A stretch of DNA of 64,000 bases from an uncultured Alphaproteobacteria bacterium (lineage in GTDB: Bacteria > Pseudomonadota > Alphaproteobacteria > Rhizobiales > Hyphomicrobiaceae), in NCBI GenBank assembly GCA_963776675.1, contig CAVZNR010000030.1:7814-71813 (forward strand), in the 5' to 3' direction. Under the pieces are notes generated by a model. It did no database searches. It was not told where the DNA came from and worked only from the letters and a program-made list of their open reading frames with translations. This document shows, piece after piece, positions 43,898 through 54,029 of the stretch. The position numbers were made by a program, and so were the translations under genes. The stretch's first letter is position 1. Every line of letters starts with the position of its first letter.

Positions 43898-45425
43898 ATG
43901 CGCGTCTTGCTCTGGCACGGCTGGCTTCTTGAGGGGGGCGGCTCCAACGTCTACACGGCCATGGTCGCGCGGGAGCTGCGGGAGCGTGGATACGACGTTT
44001 TGCTCCTCTGCCAGGAAAAGCACCCGGCGCGTTTCGCGTTTGTCGACACATGGGGCACCGTCGACGAACGCGGCGTCTCGGAGCTCACACCCACTTCGGC
44101 CGAGTCGGCAGCGGGTCGCGTCGTCGCCCTCCGCCCTTTCATCGGCGCCATTTTGCCGGTCTTCGTGATCGACGAATACGAGGACTTCGACCGCGTGGAG
44201 CGGTTCGTCAGTCTGTCGGACGACGAACTCGACGTCTACCTCGACTTCAACATCGGTGCCCTGCACGCCGCTGCCGAGTGGCACGGCTCGGAGGTGATCG
44301 TTGCGGGCCATGCCATTCCCGGGCCGATCATCGCGCGGCGCGCCCTTGGCGCGGGCCGATACATCGCGACGGTTCACGGAAGTGATCTTGAGTACACTGT
44401 CGCTCAGCAGCGCCGGTACGCCCATCTGGCCAGGGAGGGTCTCGAGGGTGCGATTGCCGTGGTCGGCGCTACCCGCTACGTGCTGGCGAGAACCTGCCAG
44501 TTGATACCGGGCATTGCCGCCCGCACGCGGGTGATACCTCCCGGCGTGGATGCCGATCAATTCCGAACGAAACCGCGCGCTGAGGCGCTTACACAGGTCG
44601 CCAGCCTCCTGACAGCCGATACGGAGACCGCGCGCGGACGACCGGATTCACTTGGGGCCGAAATCGATCGCGCGCTCGTAACTCGCGACACGAAAGCGCT
44701 TGACGCTTTTGCGCATCGGTACGACCAGACGGTGCCCGATCCCGGCGCGTCCACCCGTCTCGCGGCGCTCGCTGCCCATCGAGGTCCCCTCATCGGCTAT
44801 TTCGGGAAGCTCATAGTGCAGAAGGGGGTGGAGCGCTTTCTGGAAGGACTTCGCGCTGCTCGGACCGCAAACCCGGGGTGTCATCGTCGGCTTCGGCCTC
44901 TTTCGCGAGTGGCTGGAGGCACTCGCGATCGCACTCGACCGCGGCGACGCCGGGGCGGCGAGATGGCTCGCTGACATGTCCGGCATGCAGGTCGAGTTCG
45001 GGTGCCAGATGGCCGCGCTCTCCGGTTTACGAGGGCGTCTGGACTTTACTGGATGCCTCGACCACCGCTACGCACCGTCTGCGCTCGCGGCGCTCGATGT
45101 CCTGGTCGTTCCGTCGACCCTCAACGAGTCTTTCGGCATGGTTGCCGTTGAGGGAGCGGCCGCCGGTGCGCTCCCTTTGGTTGCCAACCATTCCGGACTT
45201 GCGGAGGTCGCCGTCGTCCTGGAGGACGCGGTGGACCGCCCGGGTTTGTTCTCATTCGAGCCTGGCAACGGGGCCACTCGTCGACTGGTCGCCGGCATTG
45301 AGCGGATCATGCAGCTGCCGGCAGCAGAGCGATCCGAGCTCCGCCAGAAGGTGGCCGCGTACGTAGCCTCAGAAATGACGTGGGCTCGGACCGCAGACCA
45401 CTTGCTCGCCGCGGCCATTCACTAG
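43898..45425 (+). pseudogene. GT4-family glycosyltransferase, +1 frameshift at ~44848 (possibly an error)
   Basis: MRVLLWHGWLL.G.GSN, HGSDL, PPGVD, FGKLI.QKG, ESFGMVAVEG; own purine-rich RBS. Confidence 0.85.
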
Positions 45426-45633
45426 TTGCGGGGCGGCACCCGCTCGGGGCCCGTTGCTGAAGTTGAGACCCACCGCGGCGTTGGTCCGCTTGGTGGGGTG
45501 AAGCTGCCGTGTTGCGCTCATACGCCACTCGTCAGCCTTTGACTCATATCTGACGTGGCCAGCATAGTTTGGGTCTTCTCACGCTGCAGAGCATCACTAG
45601 CCACAAATTCAAATTGCGAAATGTTCCGCGCCG

Positions 45634-47049
45634 TCAGTCCAGCGCCTCGATCCCCATCTCGGGACATTGCGAGAGGTCCGAGCCGCCCTTCTGCGGCAGC
45701 TGGCGGGCCAGATCGCGCAGGGCGGTGCGCAGACCCTCTTCGAGCACCGGGTGATAGAAGGGCATGGCCAGCATGTCCTGAACCGTCAGGCCGCGTTCAA
45801 TGGCCAGTGCCAGCAGATGCGCCATGTGTTCGGCCGCAGGCACGCACATTTCGGCCCCTTTGAGCCGACCAGTCGTCGTGTCGGCGTACAGCCGCATCAG
45901 CCCCACATTGCGTTTGGCAATGCGGGCGCGACCCTGGCGGGTGAAATCGGCGCTGCCTATGGTGATGGTGTCGGGGTTGAGATCGGCCAGGCGCGCGCCC
46001 ACCCGCGCCACGCCAGGCGCGGAAAAAACGATTGTTAGCTCCGTGCGGCGGCAATAGCTTGCCGGCTGCACGGCCACAGCGTTTTGCCCTGCGATATGAC
46101 CCTCGTCGGCAGCCTCATGCAGAAGGGCAAGGTGTCCATTGGCGTCGCCCGCCAGATAGACGGGCAGATCGGCGATCTGCATCGTGGTTGGGTCCACCGG
46201 AGGCATGCCGCGGTCGTCAAGCTCCACGCCCAGCGTTTCCAGCCCCAGCTCGTCAATATTCGGTCGTCGCCCCATCGCAGCCAGAACTGCATCGGCGGTG
46301 AAACTGTCGCCGACGCCGCTGACGGCGATGCCGTCTTCGGCCTCCGCCAGCTCGACCGCCGCGCCAAGGCGGAAGGAGAATTCTCGGGCGAGGGCCGTTT
46401 GCAGCGCGGCGGTGACCTCCGGATCGGTCAGCCCAGCCAGAGCCTTGACCGCGTCGAACCCCGCCACCTCCAGCCCCAGTCGTGACAAGGCCTGCGCCAT
46501 CTCGATGCCGACCGCGCCCATGCCAACAACGGCGATGCGGCGCGGCAGGTCGGGCTGTTCGAACAGGGTGTCGGTGGTCAGGATGAGGTCACCGAACCGC
46601 GCCCAGTCCTTTGGCACGACGGGGCGACTTCCGGTGGCAAGGACGATGCAGCGCGCAGCAATCTCGCGGCCTTCCACCGCCACCCGGTCCGGCCCCAGAA
46701 GCCGCGCCCGCCCGGCAATGGCGCGCGCACCCAGATTGTCACGCACTTTTTCCGGGCCCTTGACGAAATCATCGCGTAGGCGGCGCACCCGCGCCAGCAC
46801 CGCAGGCACGTCGGCAAAAACGGACTCGGCCCCCCTCAGCCCGAAAGCCGAGAAATCATGGCGGCGGTGGAAAACATTTGCGGCCTCGATCAGCGCCTTG
46901 GAGGGCATGCAGCCCACGGCCGCGCACGTCGTCCCCCAAGAGCCGTCATTGACCAGCAGAAAATCCTCGGTCTTTTTGCGCACCGCGCGCATGGCGGAAA
47001 GGCCCGCCGTGCCCGCCCCGATGATGATGACATCCACATGTTCGCGCAT
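45634..47049 (-). CDS. Dihydrolipoamide-dehydrogenase-like pyridine nucleotide-disulfide oxidoreductase
   Basis: GAGTAG, redox motif CAAVGC, GMGAVG.E, YHPVLEE. Confidence 0.92.
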   Translation of the reverse strand: MREHVDVIIIGAGTAGLSAMRAVRKKTEDFLLVNDGSWGTTCAAVGCMPSKALIEAANVFHRRHDFSAFGLRGAESVFADVPAVLARVRRLRDDFVKGPEKVRDNLGARAIAGRARLLGPDRVAVEGREIAARCIVLATGSRPVVPKDWARFGDLILTTDTLFEQPDLPRRIAVVGMGAVGIEMAQALSRLGLEVAGFDAVKALAGLTDPEVTAALQTALAREFSFRLGAAVELAEAEDGIAVSGVGDSFTADAVLAAMGRRPNIDELGLETLGVELDDRGMPPVDPTTMQIADLPVYLAGDANGHLALLHEAADEGHIAGQNAVAVQPASYCRRTELTIVFSAPGVARVGARLADLNPDTITIGSADFTRQGRARIAKRNVGLMRLYADTTTGRLKGAEMCVPAAEHMAHLLALAIERGLTVQDMLAMPFYHPVLEEGLRTALRDLARQLPQKGGSDLSQCPEMGIEALD

Positions 47050-47174
47050 CTGCTGACCTCTCTTCGGTCGGCGTCGTGGTGCCGGCCACCTTATTGGCGC
47101 GCGTCGATGAGGGGATCGAGTAAGCAGGCGACTTGTTGCACGGCCTCACGGCAGAAGTCGATCTGCAGCAGACT

Positions 47175-47864
47175 TCAGCACCAACTGGCTTCACTTGCGT
47201 CCGGGGAGCGCAAAAGTTCCTGAATGTTGGCTTCAATCAGGCGGAATCCAACGTTCCCATAAAGCTTCTGGCGGCCCTCGTTTAGGACGAAGCTCGGACT
47301 TCCTTCGATCCGCATCTTGTCGGCATCTTGATAGTCTGCAGCGAGCTTGGCAAATGCGGTGCCAGAGTGGATGCACTGCTCGACCGCGGCCAGATCAACG
47401 CCGAGGGGTTCGGCTACTTGGCACTGGACATCCCAACGACCGATGTCGCGACAGTCCCGGAAAAACGCGGTGCGAAATGCACTCAATACCTGACCGAACA
47501 CATGCCCTGACGGACAGTCATTTTTCTCTGCCGCTCCTTGTATTGTTTGCTGGACGGATTTCATGAACAGATGTGCACTTGCCGAGGTTGCCGGGCGTGT
47601 CCTTAGCCAGATCTCTGGGTGGATCTCGATATGCGAAAAGCGCTTCGCCACCTCCTGCAAATGTGCATTGAACCCGTGGTATCCGCCCCGGTCCTTCCAG
47701 GTGGAGGTGATTTTTCCATCTGTGTCTCCAAAGACCGAGCAGAACCGGTACTCTATCCGGACAGCATCGCCGTACTTCTTTTCGACGGCCTCTATGCGGG
47801 CTTGCGATGCGTAAGCCCAGATGCACAAGACGTCGGAGAAATATGTAATCTCGACTAGGTTCAT
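47175..47864 (-). CDS. DsbA/FrnE-like thioredoxin-fold protein
   Basis: YFSDVLCIWAY, IEGSPSFVLN, C-terminal ASWC. Confidence 0.85.
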   Translation of the reverse strand: MNLVEITYFSDVLCIWAYASQARIEAVEKKYGDAVRIEYRFCSVFGDTDGKITSTWKDRGGYHGFNAHLQEVAKRFSHIEIHPEIWLRTRPATSASAHLFMKSVQQTIQGAAEKNDCPSGHVFGQVLSAFRTAFFRDCRDIGRWDVQCQVAEPLGVDLAAVEQCIHSGTAFAKLAADYQDADKMRIEGSPSFVLNEGRQKLYGNVGFRLIEANIQELLRSPDASEASWC

Positions 47865-47907
47865 CTGAGGCCACCTCTCGCCTTGGAAATCCGCCCGCGC
47901 GCACAAA

Positions 47908-49029
47908 TCAGGTTGTGATGATGACCTTTAGCGCCTTGGTCTCGGCGGCATTGCTAAAGGTCTCGTAGGCCTTCTCGCCGTCCGCCAGCGTAAAGCGGTG
48001 CGTGATCAGTAGCGCCGGATCGATCTTCCTCGCTGCGACGGTCTTGAACAGCATCGGAATGGTCGCAGTGTCGACCAGACGCGTGGTGATCGAAATGTTG
48101 CGGTCCCACAGGGCTTCCAGATGCAGACTGGCGGGTTTGCCGTGGACACCGATATTGGCGATGGTGCCACCCGCCGCGACCAGCTTCTCGCAGAGCTCGA
48201 ATGTTGCGGGTATGCCAACGGCCTCGATTGCCGTATCGACCCCTGCGCCGTCGGTGAGCGTCATCACCGCCTCCACGGCCCTACCATCGGTCGAGTTGAT
48301 AGTGTCGGTGGCACCGAGCTTGCGGGCAATCTCCAGTCGGTTGTCGTCGAGGTCGATCATGATGATCGACGCCGGCGAGTAGAACTGCGCCGTCAGAAGG
48401 GCCGCCAGGCCGATCGGCCCCGAACCGACGATGGCGACTGAGCTGCCTGGTTGGACCTTGCCGTTCAGGACGCCGCATTCGAAACCGGTCGGGAGGATGT
48501 CGCTCAGCATCACCAGCGCCTCTTCATTGGCACCTTCTGAGATGTGGTAGAGGCTCATGTCCGCGTGAGGCGTGCGGACGTATTCGGCCTGTGTCCCGTC
48601 GATCGCATTGCCGAGTATCCAGCCGCCGGTGGTGCAATGCGAATACATCTGCTTCCTGCAGAAGGCGCAGGTCCCGCAGGCGCTGACGCAGGAGATCAAC
48701 ACATGGTCTCCCGGCTTGAAGCCGGTGACGGCGGCGCCCACGCTGTCGATCACGCCGACGCCCTCATGGCCCAGGATACGGCCCGGTGTTGCCGTCGGAA
48801 CATCACCTTTCAGGATGTGCAGGTCGGTGCCGCAGATCGTGGTCTGCGTGACCCGCACGATTGCATCTCCGGGAGCTTTGATGACCGACTTGGGGCAATC
48901 CTGCAGCTTGATCTGGCCGGTCCCAGCATAGACCATTGCCTTCATCCGGGTGACGCCTCCACGATCGTTGGCCGGTGTGGTGTCGGCGGAACGGGGCGCT
49001 TTGGGATTCGATTTCAACGTCGTGGTCAT
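47908..49029 (-). CDS. Zn-dependent alcohol dehydrogenase family protein
   Basis: ICGTDLH, GHEG, CGTCAFC..C, GSGPIG; alternative start at 48945. Confidence 0.95.
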   Translation of the reverse strand: MTTTLKSNPKAPRSADTTPANDRGGVTRMKAMVYAGTGQIKLQDCPKSVIKAPGDAIVRVTQTTICGTDLHILKGDVPTATPGRILGHEGVGVIDSVGAAVTGFKPGDHVLISCVSACGTCAFCRKQMYSHCTTGGWILGNAIDGTQAEYVRTPHADMSLYHISEGANEEALVMLSDILPTGFECGVLNGKVQPGSSVAIVGSGPIGLAALLTAQFYSPASIIMIDLDDNRLEIARKLGATDTINSTDGRAVEAVMTLTDGAGVDTAIEAVGIPATFELCEKLVAAGGTIANIGVHGKPASLHLEALWDRNISITTRLVDTATIPMLFKTVAARKIDPALLITHRFTLADGEKAYETFSNAAETKALKVIITT

Positions 49030-49707
49030 GACGGGTCTCCATGTGGCTGTCTTCGATAAGGGTGCGACCCGCCGACGGGTGGTCGGACCGGACGAACGGC
49101 GACGCCGGTACCCGCTAGATCACGAGCCGGGGGCGGACATGCGCTTTGCTGGTGGGAGTGTCGCCTGCCACGATGCATTGCACACTGATCCACATTGGTG
49201 GGAGGGCGGGAATTGTCCGCTACCGGTAACTCCTGCTAATATTGGCGCAGCCTTCGCGGCGGCGACCAGTACCTCTGCCGCAGGCCTATCGATGGCGCGG
49301 CCAGGGAGCTGGCTCTCGCTCTGGCCAAAACATCCAAATCGGGGGTGGGTACTCGCTCGTGGATCGGATCAGACGCGGCCCGGCCCTTTTGCTACTGTGT
49401 GTTCGACATTTAGCCAGCGCCTATTTCCGGTGATCAGAACAGTGCCGCGTGCTCTGACTTGCCGCTCGCTCGAGTGGGAGCGGCGCGGACGCATAAGCCG
49501 CCACAGGCACAAAGCAAACCCTAAATCGCGCTGCATTCTTTTCAATTTGATCACAAAATCGCAGACGTTCCCGGGGAAATATTGATCGCGTGCATATCGG
49601 TTGCATAAATACTTCATGCCTACATCAGACGGGCACGACCTCATCTCGCATCGCACATTGGCTGCAAGAAGGTGTGAAGCGGTCCAGCCCTCAGTGTAGG
49701 TCGAAAA

Positions 49708-50719
49708 ATGTCGAATGCCTCCTCGCAAAGCAAAGAAATCCTGTCTCCGCCGACGCCGCCCGAAGACCGCGGCTTGGCGGCTGATCTCGCGCGGGCCCAG
49801 AAGCAGCTAGAAATCCTCAATAGCTGCTTCGACATGACCCTCAACAACACGGGCCGCGGCCTGGCAGCTTTCGACGCCGAGAAGCACTTAGTTCATTGCA
49901 ATAGGCGTTATGCGGAGATCCTTGACCTTCCCGAGCGCCTGACAAGCTCAGGGATACCGTTTGCCAACATTGCTCGGCACGTGATTGGAATATCCGATCA
50001 TGATGAGTCCGACGCGGCCGCAGATCAAAGCGACTGGATCGAAGACCACATGGCCAAGTTGGCACGTGGCGAGGCCAATTCATACACGTCGCACTTAAGT
50101 AGTGGGCAGTGCGGTTCACATCACCAGTCATCCGCTTGCCGGCGGCGGTTGGTTGGATATTCAGGACGATGTGGTCGAGAGGCGCGAGCAGCAGCAGACC
50201 ATCGAATGGCACGCAAAGAACGACCCCCTAACCGAAGTCGCCAACCCGCTGTATTTCGGCGATGAGCTGGAGAATGCTCTCCGCCAGCTGAAACTTGGAA
50301 TAACATTCGCCCTTCATTGGGTAGATGTCGACCGATTTGCGGAGATCAACGAAACATACGGTCGCCGGGTCGGCGATGCAGTGCTTAAGACCGTTGCCCA
50401 GCGACTGCTCAAGAGCGTACGCAAAGATGATTTCGTCGCGCGTTTGGGTGGCGACGAATTTGCCATCATCCAAGCTGGGGTTAAGACAGAGGCAGATGCG
50501 ATACGGCTGACGAAACACATGCTACGAGCCATCAGCGCGCCATGTCATGTCCTCGGATACGACTTACTAATCACAGCAAGCGTTGGTGTCGTTCTCGCGC
50601 CTGAGCACGGTACGAGCTCGCTCGAATTGATGAAAAATATCTATCTTGCTTTGTATGCTGCCAAGGCTGCGGGTCGGAATACCCATGCGGTCTTCCAAGA
50701 AAAGCGAGGCGACGCCTAA
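49708..50719 (+). pseudogene. PAS-GGDEF diguanylate cyclase, +1 frameshift at ~50110 (possibly an error)
   Basis: PAS in ORF 49708 and RLGGDEF in ORF 50102; the frames join at SGQ/AVHIT. Confidence 0.8.
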
Positions 50720-50894
50720 CGGGCGACATGAGGATGCCGCAGGTGGAACGAACGCTCCCTTTGGTGGATGATTTTCCCCTATAGCGCCGCCACGCTCCGA
50801 AATACCTCACCGCGACGCCGCATCAAACCATCCGGCTCTCGCTGAGATTCAGATTTTGCACCAGCGTCTGCATCAATGTGCAAGGAACTTGCTG

Positions 50895-53645
50895 ATGACT
50901 TCCACGCGGCGCGAGCCGTACCTTGACCTTGAGCGGGCCGACAAAGCGCTTCGGCGCGCCCACGATCGGTTGGCGACAATATCCTCGATCAGCAAATCCA
51001 ACGCGCTTCTCTCAGGTGACGTCGAGAGTCTGGCGCACGAAATAACTGAGCTCGGCGCCGGTGCAATGGGCTGTGAGCGTGTCAACGTCTGGCTATTCGA
51101 TGACTTGGAAGCCGAGCTCACCTGCATTGACCTTTTCGAGGCTACGGCGAAGCGGCACTCGTCTGGCGCTGTGCTGCACGAGAGCGAGTACGGTCCCGAG
51201 TTCCGTACTCTAAAGGCCGCGAAATATGTCGACGCGAACGACGCGCTTACCGACCCGAGGACGATTGGTTACGTCGAGACCTACGTCAAGCCGCTCGGGA
51301 TAACGTCCATGCTCGACGTCGCGGTCCAGACTTCAACGCGGACGTTCGGCCTCATCTGCTTCGAGCACGTCGGAAAGCCTCACATCTGGGAAAAGGACGA
51401 GATCGCCTTCGCTAGCCGGCTCTCGGACAAGTTTGCACTCGCCATAACCAACAAGAGGCGTATCGCTGCGGAGCAGGCCTTGCGCTCGAGCGAGCGCCAG
51501 CTCTCCAACGCGCTTGCCATGGCCCGGGCCGGCGGCTGGGAATTCGACCCGGCAACGAACCTTTTCACATTCAACGAGAACTTCTACCGCATCTTCGGCA
51601 CGACCGCTGAAGAGGTCGGCGGCTACACGATGAGCCCCGAGGAGTACTTCCGGCGCTTTGTGCATCCCGACGATCTCGAGGTCATGGGCAAGGAGGTCGC
51701 AGCTGCACTCGCCGCAATGGATCCGAACTACAGCCGGGAGATCGAGCACCGCTTTCTCTACGCCAACGGAGAGACGGGCTGCATGGCGGTGCGTTTCTTC
51801 ATCATCAAGGACGCAGAAGGCCACACGATCAAGATCTATGGCGTCGATCAGGACATCACCGCGCGAAAGAAAATGGAGCACGCGCTCGCTCTATCGAACA
51901 CTGTGCGCGCGACCACCATGGAGACATCGCTCGATGGGATCCTGGTGGTCGACGACCATGCAAAAATCATCACTTACAACCGCAATTTCATTACGTTGTT
52001 CGGGATCCCCCAAGAGCTTGTCGAAACTGGCAAGGACGAACCGGTGCTGGCTCACGTGGCCGGAGAAGCGAAGGATCCGGAAAAATTTCTCGCTAAGGTC
52101 AAGTACTACTACGAGCATCAGGGCGAGGTCGGTCACGACGAGATCGAGATCAAGGACGGGCGCATCTTCGATCGCGACACGGCCTGCCTCTATGACAAGG
52201 GAAACTATATCGGGCGCGTCTGGTTTTTTCGCGACATCACGGACCGCAAGCAGTCCGAGGCGGTCATCGTCCACATGGCGCGCTACGACGCTCTGACAGG
52301 CCTCGCCAACCGCCGTGTCTTCGTCGAGGAGCTCGAGCGTGCGATAGCTCAGGCCCGCCGGAGTGAAAAAGGCCTCGCCGTCCTCTATCTTGACCTTGAT
52401 CACTTCAAGGATGTGAACGATACGCTTGGCCACCCAGTCGGCGACGAGCTCCTCAAAGCTGTGGCCCACCGGCTGCGTGCGAACATGCGCGTGCCCGATA
52501 CGGTGGCGCGCTTCGGTGGAGACGAGTTTGCCGTGGTGATGTCGGACCTGGCGGATCCTGCCGATGCCGCAATACTAGCGGAAAAGCTGCTCAAATGTGT
52601 GGCCGAGCCATACCACCTCGGAGCAAATGAAGTTTGCAGCGGCACCAGTATCGGCATCGCTACCTACGGTGCCGACTCGCCCGACGCCGAGTCCATTCTT
52701 ACCCATGCCGACGTCGCCCTCTATCGCGCTAAGAACGAGGGGCGAGGAACCTTCCGTTTCTTCACGGACGCGATGGACCGCGAGGTCAAGGCCCGCGTGA
52801 CGCTTGCTGCCGAGCTGCACCAGGCAATCGCGGCCGAGCAGTTCACACTCTACTACCAGCCCGAGGTCGACATCGACACAGGGCATATCATCGGGCTTGA
52901 GGCGCTCGTTCGCTGGAAGCACCCGCAGCGCGGCCTGCTGGGCCCCGGCGAGTTCATTCCGGCCGCGGAGGAGAGCGGTCTCATCGTGCCGCTCGGACGC
53001 TGGATCTTGCAGGCCGCCTGTCGGCAGACCCGGGAGTGGATCGATCTCGGCATCGCTCCAAGTTTCGTCGCCGTCAACCTGTCCATACTGCAGTTCAAGT
53101 CGACGCAGGACCTCGAGACGGACATTGCCGCCGCGCAGGCGGAGTTCGGCTTGCCGCGGCGCATGCTTGAAGTCGAGTTGACAGAAACGGTGCTGATGGA
53201 CGCCACGCACCGCAATAGCGGTATCCTGCAGAGGTTGCGCGCCGGGGGCGTCCGTATAGCGATCGACGACTTCGGCACCGGTTACTCGTCACTCGAGTAC
53301 CTGCGGAGACTTTCGATCGACCGCATCAAGATCGCGCAGGAGTTCATTGCCGATCTCGACGCCGAGCCGAGTAGCGGACCAATTGTCAAAGCCGCACTGG
53401 CTCTTGCGGGCGCGTTCGAACTCGGCGTCATCGCCGAAGGCGTCGAGACCAAGGCGCAGCTTGAGCTGCTGCGATCCTGGGGATGCCGCGAGGCTCAAGG
53501 CTTCTATTTCGCTAAGCCGGGAACACCTCAAGAGATCACCATACTGCTGCGCGAGGGGTGCATTCTCCCGCCGCGGCTGGCGCTTACCTCGCCGGCCGAG
53601 ATGGGATGCTCCGAGGCCGAGCCGCGGCGACACCGTAGATCTTGA
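50895..53645 (+). CDS. GAF-PAS-PAS-GGDEF-EAL protein
   Basis: GAF region, RFGGDEF, GLEALVRW, DDFGTGYSSL. Confidence 0.95.
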   Translation: MTSTRREPYLDLERADKALRRAHDRLATISSISKSNALLSGDVESLAHEITELGAGAMGCERVNVWLFDDLEAELTCIDLFEATAKRHSSGAVLHESEYGPEFRTLKAAKYVDANDALTDPRTIGYVETYVKPLGITSMLDVAVQTSTRTFGLICFEHVGKPHIWEKDEIAFASRLSDKFALAITNKRRIAAEQALRSSERQLSNALAMARAGGWEFDPATNLFTFNENFYRIFGTTAEEVGGYTMSPEEYFRRFVHPDDLEVMGKEVAAALAAMDPNYSREIEHRFLYANGETGCMAVRFFIIKDAEGHTIKIYGVDQDITARKKMEHALALSNTVRATTMETSLDGILVVDDHAKIITYNRNFITLFGIPQELVETGKDEPVLAHVAGEAKDPEKFLAKVKYYYEHQGEVGHDEIEIKDGRIFDRDTACLYDKGNYIGRVWFFRDITDRKQSEAVIVHMARYDALTGLANRRVFVEELERAIAQARRSEKGLAVLYLDLDHFKDVNDTLGHPVGDELLKAVAHRLRANMRVPDTVARFGGDEFAVVMSDLADPADAAILAEKLLKCVAEPYHLGANEVCSGTSIGIATYGADSPDAESILTHADVALYRAKNEGRGTFRFFTDAMDREVKARVTLAAELHQAIAAEQFTLYYQPEVDIDTGHIIGLEALVRWKHPQRGLLGPGEFIPAAEESGLIVPLGRWILQAACRQTREWIDLGIAPSFVAVNLSILQFKSTQDLETDIAAAQAEFGLPRRMLEVELTETVLMDATHRNSGILQRLRAGGVRIAIDDFGTGYSSLEYLRRLSIDRIKIAQEFIADLDAEPSSGPIVKAALALAGAFELGVIAEGVETKAQLELLRSWGCREAQGFYFAKPGTPQEITILLREGCILPPRLALTSPAEMGCSEAEPRRHRRS

Positions 53646-53667
53646 TCCCAACCACGCTAGGCGCTCT

Positions 53668-53744
53668 TGATGCTGTGGACGGCTCCTCCCCTGGGGCGCG
53701 CAAGCGCCTTGGAATCGGTTGCCGATGAGGCGACCACGATCCGG
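53668..53744 (+). mobile_element. Orphan left end of the IS1111-type element
   Basis: 75 of 77 nt identical to 27233-27309, including the IR; stops just before the transposase RBS. Confidence 0.92.
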
Positions 53745-54029
53745 GCAGACCGCCGACCGATCAACAGCAGCAGACCGCAGCCGGCGAAGCGACACCCGGA
53801 ATAGAAATCATTGCAAATCAATCGAATACCTAAGCCGTCTTCTCGGCATCTCAATGAACCCAGTTTAAAGAAGGAATTGCATCGAAACAGATTTGATTTG
53901 TTCCTGCCCCTTACACTTCGCATCGCCATCATGCTGCTAGGCGTCAGGTATTCCGCGCAAAGATTGTGTATGCCCGGATGGCGGAGCATCGCCGCGCGTC
54001 CGTCCCTAGCAGCGGTGCCTCAGTTAGCG

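Noticed and set aside
49540-49600. FNR/FixK boxes upstream of the ADH gene
   Set aside because: Only TTGAT half-sites; the ATCAA half is not matched.
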